Positions 1-7,365 of a stretch of DNA of 59,428 bases are shown piece by piece. Location of the stretch: IMG/VR virus record IMGVR_UViG_2866649352_000001, positions 1 through 59,428 of that record; one strand, written 5' to 3'. Numbering within the stretch: the stretch's first letter is position 1; each line of letters starts with the position of its first letter. The notes under the pieces are model-generated. The model saw only the letters and a program-made list of their open reading frames with translations, was not told the origin of the DNA and did no database searches. The position numbers and the translations under genes were made by a program. Source of the DNA: a virus.

Positions 1-127
1 GCAATCCACCCACACAAGACGCTCCACGCCTATACCCTCCTTGACCTGCCAAAACACCCGAGCGGAGAGTGTGACATGTCCAGATTTGACCAGCGACGAC
101 GGACTCGATTGTGACAGGACTGTGACA
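1..127. repeat. Terminal direct repeat identical to 59302..59428 (127-bp window-end overlap)
   Basis: Bases 1-127 (gcaatccaccc...ggactgtgaca) recur verbatim as the last 127 bases, so the unique unit is 59,301 bp and circular or circularly permuted. Confidence 0.95.
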
Positions 128-186
128 CCAACTGTGTCACGGACTCTGCCCTGCTCAGAGCTTACTTCTTTCCTCCGAACGAGGGT

Positions 187-212
187 GAACCCCCGGATGT
201 CTCCGGGGGTTC
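187..212 (-). terminator. Stem-loop 3' of the BldC-like gene
   Basis: gaacccccgga-tgtc-tccgggggttc forms an 11-bp stem directly after the minus-strand stop at 218. Confidence 0.6.
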
Positions 213-217
213 ATGCG

Positions 218-418
218 CTACTCCGACGTCTCTGGCTCTCCGTGGAGGAAGGCGAGCACCTCGGACTCGCGGTACCGGCGGTGGCCACCGGCCGTCCGGA
301 TGGAGTTGATCTTTCCCGCCTTCGCCCACCGCGCCACCGTCTTGGGGTCAACGCGGAACAACGCTGCCACCTCGGCTGGAGTCAGCAGGGGCTCGATCGT
401 TGGCGTGTATTTCGGCAT
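218..418 (-). CDS. BldC-like small MerR/excisionase-family DNA-binding protein (66 aa)
   Basis: MPKYTPTIEPLLTPAEVAALFRVDPKTVARWAKAGKINSIRTAGGHRRYRESEVLAFL closely matches my recollection of Streptomyces BldC (EPLLTPAEVA..FRVDPKTV.RWAKAGKL.SIRT.GGHRRYRE.EV). Start chosen at the ATG preceded by AGGAGA; the longer ORF 218..508 has no RBS. Confidence 0.8.
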   Translation of the reverse strand: MPKYTPTIEPLLTPAEVAALFRVDPKTVARWAKAGKINSIRTAGGHRRYRESEVLAFLHGEPETSE

Positions 419-600
419 GGGTCTCCTGTCGTACATGCGAAGGGACCCCGCCGTCCCGGCGGGGTCCCAGCCGCTAATGATCTCGCTGCGATCCGATCGA
501 TAAACCACCTACCTCTCCTGCGAAGGGTTGGAGCCTCCGGACGTGCCAGCACTGGGGTTTGCCCCAGTCCAAGGGGCGTGCACAGCACGCCCGGAGGAGT

Positions 601-975
601 TCATGCCGCCCACCACTCCACGAAGACGATCTTTCCCTTAGGAGCGGTGTACTTGGTTCCCCAGCAGTTGACGATCTTGTCCACAGTCAGGAGACCCCGG
701 CCGGATTCGTCGAACATGCCGATTTGCTGAGGGTCGCGCTTCTCGGGCGGGATAGGGGAGGCGTCCCAGACCTCTATGCCGTAGACGCCGTCCTCGAAGT
801 AGGCGTCTACCCAGAACGAAGTGGTCTCGCCGTGCCGAATCGCGTTGGTCGCCAGCTCGGAGGCGACTAGCTTTACCAGGTGTACGTCGAGTGGCCAGCC
901 CTGGCTCTCGGCGATCTTCGCCACGTGATCACGAGCGGCTTTGACGTTGACTAGATCCGCGTCGAGTTCGATCAC
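601..975 (-). CDS. Anti-sigma-factor-like ATP-binding protein (HATPase_c_2 type), WhiJ-locus-associated class
   Basis: The motifs LVASELATNAIRHG ... FDESGRGL ... fit a GHKL/SpoIIAB-like kinase fold. GTG start at 975 is preceded by GGAGGGAGG. The upstream part of ORF 601..1167 looks non-coding. Confidence 0.7.
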   Translation of the reverse strand: MIELDADLVNVKAARDHVAKIAESQGWPLDVHLVKLVASELATNAIRHGETTSFWVDAYFEDGVYGIEVWDASPIPPEKRDPQQIGMFDESGRGLLTVDKIVNCWGTKYTAPKGKIVFVEWWAA

Positions 976-1109
976 TTCGGCCTCCCTCCTGCTGTCCGTG
1001 AGTCTGGCAGCGCCTTGACACACGTGCGATGCTGTCCGACAGCGTTGACAGCACTTCTTTGAGGAGGGCCCGGAGAACTGTGGCACGTGACCTAGACCCA
1101 AGCTCCAAC
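976..1109. promoter_or_regulatory. Divergent intergenic control region between the ATPase and XRE genes
   Basis: Two TTGACA hexamers (1015-1020, 1045-1050); a 13-bp palindrome GCTGTCCGACAGC (1031-1043); a half-site GCTGTCCG repeated at 991-998. Confidence 0.4.
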
Positions 1110-1877
1110 ATGTGGGACTGGATCGCGATCCAGCTCCGACATGAGCGAGAGAAGCAGAACTGGTCAACGGCGCAGGTCGGACGCCTGCTGAACACTGACC
1201 GGTCGAACATCACGCACATCGAGGCGGGGAGGCGGCACCTCGCCGCAGATCAGGCCGCCAAGCTCGACACCGCGTGGGACACGGGGGGCCGCTTCGCCCA
1301 GATGGTGGACTACGCCCAATCGACGTATCACCCTGACTGGAACCGGGAAAGGCGGACGTACGAGCAGAACGCGACCGCAATCAAGACGTTCCACGCAACC
1401 CTCATCCCTGGGTTGCTCCAAAGCGAGGAGTACGCGCGTGCAGTCTTTGTGGCAGGTGGACGAGCGGATGTCGATGCAGCGGTGGCGGCGCGTCTGGCGC
1501 GACAGGAGGTCCTGAAGCGCCCTGGCGTGAGGCTCTGGGTGCTGCTGGATGAGGCGGTGCTGCTTCGGCCGGTTGGTGGTCCGGCCGTCTGGGCACGCCA
1601 GCTCTCCCATCTACTGAATGCCTCGGAGCAGCCCGATACCGTCCTGCGCATCATCCCATTGGCCTACGGTGAGTACCCTGGTATGGACGGCCCCATAACC
1701 ATTTTCACCATGGACGGCAAGGACGTGGCCTGGACGGACGCTCGGTCCGGGGGTCGGCTGGTGACGGACCCGGCAGCGCTGGACCGATACCGGGTTGAGT
1801 TCGACATGATCGGAGCCGACGCCTTGAGCCGGACTGAGTCGCGACGGCTGCTGACTGAGAAACTGGAGGCATTGTAG
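1110..1877 (+). CDS. XRE-family HTH regulator with DUF5753-like C-terminal domain (WhiJ-like)
   Basis: N-terminal HTH (WSTAQVGRLLNTDRSNITHIEAGRR). The C-terminal ...FHATLIPGLLQSEEYARAV...ARLARQEVL... is typical of Streptomyces WhiJ/Scr1-type XRE proteins. Start taken at ATG 1110. Confidence 0.75.
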   Translation: MWDWIAIQLRHEREKQNWSTAQVGRLLNTDRSNITHIEAGRRHLAADQAAKLDTAWDTGGRFAQMVDYAQSTYHPDWNRERRTYEQNATAIKTFHATLIPGLLQSEEYARAVFVAGGRADVDAAVAARLARQEVLKRPGVRLWVLLDEAVLLRPVGGPAVWARQLSHLLNASEQPDTVLRIIPLAYGEYPGMDGPITIFTMDGKDVAWTDARSGGRLVTDPAALDRYRVEFDMIGADALSRTESRRLLTEKLEAL

Positions 1878-2059
1878 TGATCCACTGGAGGAAGTCTTCG
1901 CGCAGCGATTCGCGTGGAGAGTGTGTCGAGCTGGCCGAGCTGGACAGCTCTGTAGGCATCCGAGACAGCAAGAACCCGGACACCCCCCACCTCACTGTCG
2001 GCCGCGAGGCCCTGTCGGGCCTCCTCAGCCGGATCAAGGCCGGCGAGTTGGACCTGTAG
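1877..2059 (+). CDS. DUF397 domain protein
   Basis: WRKSSRSDSRGECVELA....VGIRDSKNPD.P.L is the DUF397 signature. GTG start overlaps the XRE stop (TAGTG), indicating translational coupling. Confidence 0.8.
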   Translation: MIHWRKSSRSDSRGECVELAELDSSVGIRDSKNPDTPHLTVGREALSGLLSRIKAGELDL

Positions 2060-2067
2060 AACCGCTT

Positions 2068-2088
2068 GACCGGCCTCCAGGGCCGGTC
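2068..2088 (+). terminator. Stem-loop after the DUF397 gene
   Basis: gaccggcc-tccag-ggccggtc lies 9 nt after the stop. Confidence 0.5.
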
Positions 2089-2222
2089 CTAGGCTTCTCT
2101 GTGTGAGGCCGTCACCGTTGCGGCCTAGCAGTTTGGACTTTGGTTCACCTAGCTCGACCCAATCCACGGCCTCACCCCAAGAACCTCCCCTCCGGGGGAG
2201 GTTTTTTGGCTATTCTGGGCTC

Positions 2223-2504
2223 ATGAAGGGCAGAATCCTCCTTTTCGGGGCAGTTTTGGCCGTTGCGACGGCCTGTGGGGCGTCTCAGGACGACCAGATC
2301 GTCATGAAGGACCCATCCAACGGGAAAGAGCGGACCTTCAAGGAGGTCCGAGACATGTTCGCGGACGGTTCGGTCACGACCGGAGGCGAGTCCTGTGCCA
2401 CTTTCGTGTCGTTCGGGGCCAAGGACCAGGGGATCGAGTTCCCGGCCGGACAAGCTGAGTTCGTGAAAGCCTGCGAAGAAGGCTTGAAGGCCAAGTCGAA
2501 TTAG
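2223..2504 (+). CDS. Secreted lipoprotein (93 aa)
   Basis: MKGRILLFGAVLAVATAC is a signal peptide plus lipobox (A-T-A-C). Start taken at ATG 2223 inside ORF 2103..2504. Confidence 0.6.
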   Translation: MKGRILLFGAVLAVATACGASQDDQIVMKDPSNGKERTFKEVRDMFADGSVTTGGESCATFVSFGAKDQGIEFPAGQAEFVKACEEGLKAKSN

Positions 2505-3539
2505 GAATGGCTGAAATGGCCTCTGAACGAGTCTCGGCCCGGACTCGTTCCCTCTCCACCCGGATTAGCCCTGAGGCTCTTAGGAGCCGAATGAGCGCCA
2601 TTTAGAGGCATATGGGACTCCGCGGGGAGTCCCGGTTTTACCATTTCGTGATCTTGGAAGTTTTCCGAGGTGGGATAAGGAATTTTGGTGACGAAACGAC
2701 TACGTTTCGCACTTTCTATTTTCGTACATTTCCGGAGAGGGGAGACGAGTCTCTCCCGCACCCCCGGACGAATGAAGGTACCCCCCCAGGGGTAGGCTGA
2801 CCTGCGGCAACACACTCCCACGCGTGATCACCCTCACTGTATGTGACAGTCATCACTCAATCACATTCAGTGCACGCCGTGCACTGTGATCTGCGCTAAC
2901 ACCATGTGAGTGTGTCACTCACATCATCAACAGTGTGTAGCCACATTGAGTGCATACCTCACGCGCATATGCGCACATGTGCGCACGCGCGGATGAATAA
3001 ACCACGCGCGTACGCGATTAACACACACCTCGCCATTGTGCCAACACCCTCTAAACGGCTCTCAGAGGGCCCGTGAGCGCTTGAACCCCCATTCCCTAGT
3101 CCCACTATGGCCCTGGCCCTATTCGCTGCCTGCCTGGTTAGGGGCACTATTCCTACACTCGGTAATCGACCCCTCACGGGGGCCGATGCTCCCTGGCTCG
3201 GTATCTCGGTTCGGTAACGAAACGCTGCCAGCACCCAAACCCTGCCAAGTGAGCGTCAAGTGAGCTTCCCTCGCGCGTACGCGCGCGAGAGGGAGGCTCG
3301 CGCGTGCGTTGGTTCTTTCATCCGGGCGGGCCGGGACACGCTCCCCGCTCCACGGAGCGTAGTTTCAGAACTCTTTTCAGTGAGTTTCTGAGCCCTGACC
3401 TGGAGAAACGCAAGTCCTCTAAAATATCTTGCTCTTACCTATTGTGACCTGCGGAAACGACCTAAAGCCGCAGGTCAGAAGAACGCACAACCTGTTAAAA
3501 CAGGGTGTTAGCACGTCGTGTGTTTGCTAGCTTTTCGGT

Positions 3540-3925
3540 TGTCAGCAACACGGACCGCCACCACGGGGCCCGGGAAGCAGACGGAGGAACGAAACCCGGC
3601 AACGACGACCGGGAGGGCAGGGACCAAACCGAGGTTCGCGAAGATGCCCATAGTCAGCCGTAGACACTTACGGGCAGGCTCGAACGGAACGTTGGGAAAC
3701 GTGCCGGGCGCGAAAGTGGCGCTTGAAGCCTCGTGAGAAAAATCGCGGGTGAACTAGATGGCTTCGCGGACTATGGCCGGTAGGTCGCCAGCCCAAAGGT
3801 AGCGGGTGAACACGCGCTTACCGTGGGAAACCACCGCCGAAAGGCGGTAGGTCCGGCGGTAACTAGGCAGTCGTACCCGGCGTAAAGCCTTCAACTCAGA
3901 CGCTCGGAAAGTCCTCTGACCAAAG
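3540..3925 (+). ncRNA. Candidate structured RNA or long structured leader (unclassified)
   Basis: Plus-strand GNRA-capped helices: cggaacgtt-GGGA-aacgtgccg (3685-3706), gtgg-GAAA-ccac (3823-3834), cgcc-GAAA-ggcg (3835-3846), a GAAA-containing loop at 3708-3722. Further helices at 3595-3613 and 3658-3673. Internal repeats GCGGGTGAAC x2 and GGTAGGTC x2. No convincing ORF. Confidence 0.25.
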
Positions 3926-3933
3926 GATGGATC

Positions 3934-4266
3934 ATGTACCAACGTCAGATGCAGCGTCCGGACTTCGACGCCAAAAAAGACTTCTCCCAAGCGGAACCTA
4001 CTGACCGTCACCACTACCGGAATAACGGTCTGGGCCGCAGGATGCTCCACCTGTCCAGCGGTAAGGGTACGCGTACGGGAGTGGGCGAGACTAAGCCGTT
4101 CACGGCTGCTCGTAAGTCTCCCCGTAAGCAGAGTTCCGCGCCAAAGGGCTACCCGCCCGCGCGGATGTCGAGTCCGAAGAATGCCGCAGCGCACGAAAAG
4201 CGTATGGCGACGCTTCGCGAACGTCACCCGGACGTTTACGCCCGAATGATGCGTGAAGCCAGCTAG
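3934..4266 (+). CDS. Hypothetical basic protein (110 aa)
   Basis: ATG preceded by AAAGGATGG and followed by a clear terminator. Arg/Lys-rich. Preferred over the antisense ORF 3754..4227. Confidence 0.5.
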   Translation: MYQRQMQRPDFDAKKDFSQAEPTDRHHYRNNGLGRRMLHLSSGKGTRTGVGETKPFTAARKSPRKQSSAPKGYPPARMSSPKNAAAHEKRMATLRERHPDVYARMMREAS

Positions 4267-4279
4267 TACTGTCCGATAA

Positions 4280-4308
4280 AGGCCGACCCTTTTGGGTCGG
4301 CCTTTTTC
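4280..4308 (+). terminator. Intrinsic terminator
   Basis: aggccgaccc-ttttg-ggtcggcct followed by TTTTT. Confidence 0.75.
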
Positions 4309-4322
4309 CTTTGGGAGGGTTA

Positions 4323-4550
4323 ATGGACCTCGCGTTCAGTCCCGGCTACTTCCCGAACGACTTCGGGGGGACGGACATCCTGACCGGCAACGGGGAGTTC
4401 TGTGGCCGGACTGGTCGAACCAAGTTCGACACGTGGGCCGCCGCCATCCCCGATGGGGCGGGTTCGATCGCCATTCTGGGGGCCAACTTCGAGACGGACA
4501 ACGATGCACAGGTGTGCATCTTCCGTGCCCTCGCGAAAAGGGGCTACTGA
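4323..4550 (+). CDS. Hypothetical protein (75 aa)
   Basis: ATG after GGGAGGG; stop overlaps the next start (TGATG). Confidence 0.55.
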   Translation: MDLAFSPGYFPNDFGGTDILTGNGEFCGRTGRTKFDTWAAAIPDGAGSIAILGANFETDNDAQVCIFRALAKRGY

Positions 4551-4705
4551 TGAACCTCGGCAAGCTGAACCGCGACAAGCTGATCGAGGCCGCCGCTAGG
4601 CGCGGCATCCCAGTGGAGGAACTGGAGAAGGCTCTACGGGAGAACAAGACGCTTGTCGCACGTCACGGCGCGACGCATTCGGCCACTTTTTTTGGCCAGT
4701 TTTAG
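4550..4705 (+). CDS. Hypothetical protein (51 aa)
   Basis: MNLGKLNRDKLIEAAARRGIPVEELEKAL...; coupled start. Confidence 0.5.
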   Translation: MNLGKLNRDKLIEAAARRGIPVEELEKALRENKTLVARHGATHSATFFGQF

Positions 4706-4724
4706 CAGGTCGTTAGCAGACCAT
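4692..4724 (+). promoter_or_regulatory. Conserved promoter-like element, copy A (divergent)
   Basis: T-run, TTGGCC, 16-nt spacer, and tandem 11-mers TAGCAGGTCGT TAGCAGACCAT. Same architecture as the copies at 43069, 47564 and 51408. Confidence 0.45.
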
Positions 4725-4854
4725 TAGTGATGAGGTCTCGTGCCTGTCATCTCGACTAGGCCGAAACGTACGCCCATTGCCGTACGTCGCACGCTGACAT
4801 TGCGTGCCCGATGAGTGCCTGTCATCGGTCCGGAAAACCTTCAGGAGGATTTCC

Positions 4855-5049
4855 ATGGTGATCGTGGACCAGAAGTTCAACATGCCGGTCGGCTCCCTGG
4901 TGGAGGACGTCGATTACCCGCAGGACGGGGTATTCCGTATCACCGAGCGGCCTCACACCACGGCATACGGCACCGAAGTGGGTGTCGTGAACGCTGCCGG
5001 AAGGCGGTTCACGGACTACGCGATCTTCTTCAAGCCGCTCGCCCGGTAA
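4855..5049 (+). CDS. Hypothetical protein (64 aa)
   Basis: ATG preceded by CAGGAGGA. Confidence 0.55.
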   Translation: MVIVDQKFNMPVGSLVEDVDYPQDGVFRITERPHTTAYGTEVGVVNAAGRRFTDYAIFFKPLAR

Positions 5050-5077
5050 TGACGAGCCGTTGGCTTGTGTCCACTGA

Positions 5078-5410
5078 ATGACTCGTCTGGTCATGGATGA
5101 CGTGCGGGATTACCCAAACGAGCCATGGCCGTTTAAGCCATTCAACGTGACAGGAGGGCAAGTGAAGTACGGGTACGAGGTCATTTACGTCGAGCCTGGC
5201 GAGGGCGTGGAAGTCGGGTCAACAGGTCGAGTCTTCGACACCATGAAGGAAGCCGCGGAAGAACTGAGCGTGATCTACGGCGACAACGAGATCCTTCAGG
5301 TGACCTTTACCGTCCACCCCAACCGGGTCATTACCCGGAGGGAAGTCGTCCGCGAAATCGCGGAGATGCGCGGACTGTCCGTCACGGAGTACTACCAGCG
5401 CACTTCCTGA
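5078..5410 (+). CDS. Hypothetical protein (110 aa)
   Basis: ORF track; coding-like composition. Confidence 0.55.
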   Translation: MTRLVMDDVRDYPNEPWPFKPFNVTGGQVKYGYEVIYVEPGEGVEVGSTGRVFDTMKEAAEELSVIYGDNEILQVTFTVHPNRVITRREVVREIAEMRGLSVTEYYQRTS

Positions 5411-5436
5411 CAACACACCAGATGGAGGGATGACAT

Positions 5437-5613
5437 ATGGCCAAGCAGGGCGCCAAGGGTAAGAAGATCGGGCGGAACAAGGTGAAGTGCGAGCGCTACC
5501 GCGCGAAGGGGACGCGGGAGCAGAACAAGGAACGTCGTCGGCTGAAGCGAGAGGGAAAGCTCGCTGTGCGCAAGATGCTGCGTGAGGCCGCCGAGCGGGT
5601 GGACGCCGCGTAG
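5437..5613 (+). CDS. Hypothetical highly basic protein (58 aa; below ORF-track cutoff)
   Basis: Hand-translated: MAKQGAKGKKIGRNKVKCERYRAKGTREQNKERRRLKREGKL...; ATG after GGAGGGA. Confidence 0.45.
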   Translation: MAKQGAKGKKIGRNKVKCERYRAKGTREQNKERRRLKREGKLAVRKMLREAAERVDAA

Positions 5614-5618
5614 CGATC

Positions 5619-5747
5619 ATGTGCCACGTCTACATCGATGAAAACTGGACCGTCCAACGGGACGAGTGTGACTACCCGGAGGACGACTACTGCCCAACTC
5701 CCGAGGAGTTGGACGAGATGGAGTGGGAGGCCACGGAAGGGCTCTGA
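5619..5747 (+). CDS. Hypothetical acidic protein (42 aa; below cutoff)
   Basis: Hand-translated: MCHVYIDENWTVQRDECDYPEDDYCPTPEELDEMEWEATEGL; followed by a terminator. Confidence 0.35.
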   Translation: MCHVYIDENWTVQRDECDYPEDDYCPTPEELDEMEWEATEGL

Positions 5748-5766
5748 CGAGTCGTCGGATCTCATC

Positions 5767-5797
5767 GAGGCACCTGGTGATACCCAGGTGCCTCTTT
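5767..5797 (+). terminator. Intrinsic terminator
   Basis: gaggcacctgg-tgatac-ccaggtgcctc followed by TTT. Confidence 0.7.
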
Positions 5798-5832
5798 GCA
5801 TTCTTACGAATCGTTTCTACTGAGGAGATGAG

Positions 5833-5994
5833 ATGAGCGACTACCGATGGAACGGCGCCTACATGCCGGGCGCCAGGAAGGTCAACGGCAACAAGGGCAT
5901 CATGCGTGCCCTGAAGAAGCTAAAGCGTCAGCAGGCCGAGACGCGGAACGCGCAGACGCCGGCCGAACGTCGGCGCAAGAACCGGGTGGCCTGA
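5833..5994 (+). CDS. Hypothetical basic protein (53 aa; below cutoff)
   Basis: Hand-translated: MSDYRWNGAYMPGARKVNGNKGIMRALKKLKRQQAETRNAQTPAERRRKNRVA; GAGGAG upstream. Confidence 0.4.
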   Translation: MSDYRWNGAYMPGARKVNGNKGIMRALKKLKRQQAETRNAQTPAERRRKNRVA

Positions 5995-5995
5995 G

Positions 5996-6784
5996 ATGGT
6001 CGTTTCTCTGGTGAAGGACTACGTCCACACCTTCCCGTACCCGTATGACGACCTCTGGTTCAAGATGTCGCCTGCGTTCCGCTTCCTGGTGGACAGCGGC
6101 GTGATCGACCTGGAGAAGGGCGCCGAGATCCCTTACCGGTGCGAAGGCGTAGACGAGATCGCCTTCGAGCTGGACGGGCCGTGGTCGGGTTCGGACTACT
6201 CCGGGGATGACATCACCGAGTCGAACCAGCGATCCCTGGCCCGTGACTACAAGGACATCGTGATCGACTCCACGAGGTACTGGGGCCACAGCCCCTACGG
6301 CCTCCAGGTGGACGTCTACTTCGGATGGGGTGAGAACGCCGATCACGCCATGGACCTGGCCGAGAACCTTGTCAGCCTGAAGCACGACTACCCGTTGTAC
6401 GACGAAGAGGACAACTCCAAGCTGCTCGACGAGCGCGCGGAGCGGGCGTGGGACGGATACATGGAGTCGGACATCGCGTCCGACATCGAGAAGCGTCTCG
6501 GGATCGATCTGGATCTCAGGACGGACAAGGCCGGTGAAATCTTCTGGGAGACGTGCAGCGATCACGAGATTTACCCAGAGGCCGAGGGACACCGAGACGT
6601 CCTCATGCGGGGGACCGGTGATGAGGAATTCCAGATCGATCTGGCGCGGCGTGTGCTGGAAGCACAGGGGCCCGAGTTCCCCGACTACCTCTACGACCTG
6701 ACGGACCTCGGTTACGAGGTCCTGGCCGACTACATGGTGAAGCAGTTCGAGGGCCAGTGCCCTGGCCAGATGAGCATTCTCTGA
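5996..6784 (+). CDS. Hypothetical acidic protein (262 aa)
   Basis: Long ORF, Asp/Glu-rich; no family recognised. Confidence 0.6.
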   Translation: MVVSLVKDYVHTFPYPYDDLWFKMSPAFRFLVDSGVIDLEKGAEIPYRCEGVDEIAFELDGPWSGSDYSGDDITESNQRSLARDYKDIVIDSTRYWGHSPYGLQVDVYFGWGENADHAMDLAENLVSLKHDYPLYDEEDNSKLLDERAERAWDGYMESDIASDIEKRLGIDLDLRTDKAGEIFWETCSDHEIYPEAEGHRDVLMRGTGDEEFQIDLARRVLEAQGPEFPDYLYDLTDLGYEVLADYMVKQFEGQCPGQMSIL

Positions 6785-6795
6785 GGGTGTGACAG

Positions 6796-7032
6796 GTGTT
6801 CAACTACGACCCCGCTAAGGACTGGGACAACAGGAACAACCCCAAACCGCACTACCGGCTGTACCTGGACCGTGATGGCAAGCCCTGCATCATCTGTGTC
6901 CAGGACTTCGACTACATGGATTACGAGGACAGCCGGTTTCTCAGCGACGAGGGTTACGACACCGAGGCTGAAGCCGAGGTCGGTCTTCTGCTGCTGAGGG
7001 CCAAAGCAGCCCAGATCCTGGGCCTTCTCTAG
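6796..7032 (+). CDS. Hypothetical protein (78 aa)
   Basis: ORF track; GTG start. Confidence 0.5.
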   Translation: MFNYDPAKDWDNRNNPKPHYRLYLDRDGKPCIICVQDFDYMDYEDSRFLSDEGYDTEAEAEVGLLLLRAKAAQILGLL

Positions 7033-7064
7033 TTCTTTCATCCGACAACGCAAGAGGAGAGCAC

Positions 7065-7337
7065 ATGTTTGAGACGGAGATCAAGCGCGGCGCGGCATAC
7101 CTGGACAGAGTCGATCCGGAATGGGTCAAGAAGATCGACTTGGACCTCCTGAGCATCAACGATCCCAAGGACTGTGTCGTCGGCCAGGTGTTCGGCGACT
7201 TCTGGGAGTGGATGGGCTACTACACCAGTTGGGAGACCGTGCACGAGCACGGTTTCGCCGCTGAGAACGGCGATCACCCCCAACTGACTAAGGAGTGGAA
7301 GGAGTTCATCCGGGAGCGTCAGTCTGAGCAGGCCTGA
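7065..7337 (+). CDS. Hypothetical protein, paralog family A member 1
   Basis: Shares GAA.LD...P.W...IDL..L.....C...Q...GF...LT..W...I..R with 7366..7647 and 8331..8633. Confidence 0.6.
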   Translation: MFETEIKRGAAYLDRVDPEWVKKIDLDLLSINDPKDCVVGQVFGDFWEWMGYYTSWETVHEHGFAAENGDHPQLTKEWKEFIRERQSEQA

Positions 7338-7365
7338 CGCGAGCTAATCGAAAAGGAGAGGACAC

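Noticed and set aside
1-127. The 127-bp end repeats interpreted as attL/attR or phage direct terminal repeats.
   Set aside because: The repeat sits exactly at the window ends, matches a typical assembler k-mer length, and joins a continuous int-proximal intergenic region. Assembly overlap is more parsimonious.
2501-3736. Short ORFs in the ORF-poor region (2501..2821 minus, 2612..2800 plus, 2959..3234 minus, 3036..3263 plus, 3518..3736 plus).
   Set aside because: None has a Shine-Dalgarno sequence or coupling to neighbours. They cross perfect palindromes and hairpins, and their translations are low-complexity. They are treated as non-coding pending transcript or ortholog evidence.
3906-3914. 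GGAAAGTCC string reminiscent of the RNase P RNA CR-I (P4) motif.
   Set aside because: It is isolated. The other universally conserved RNase P blocks were not found nearby, and it sits at the 3' end of the structured segment, next to an RBS.
3754-4227. 157-aa minus-strand ORF antisense to 3934..4266.
   Set aside because: It has no RBS, is Arg-rich with off-frame-like composition, and would run into the structured region. The plus-strand ORF has an RBS and a terminator. Confidence in either is only moderate.
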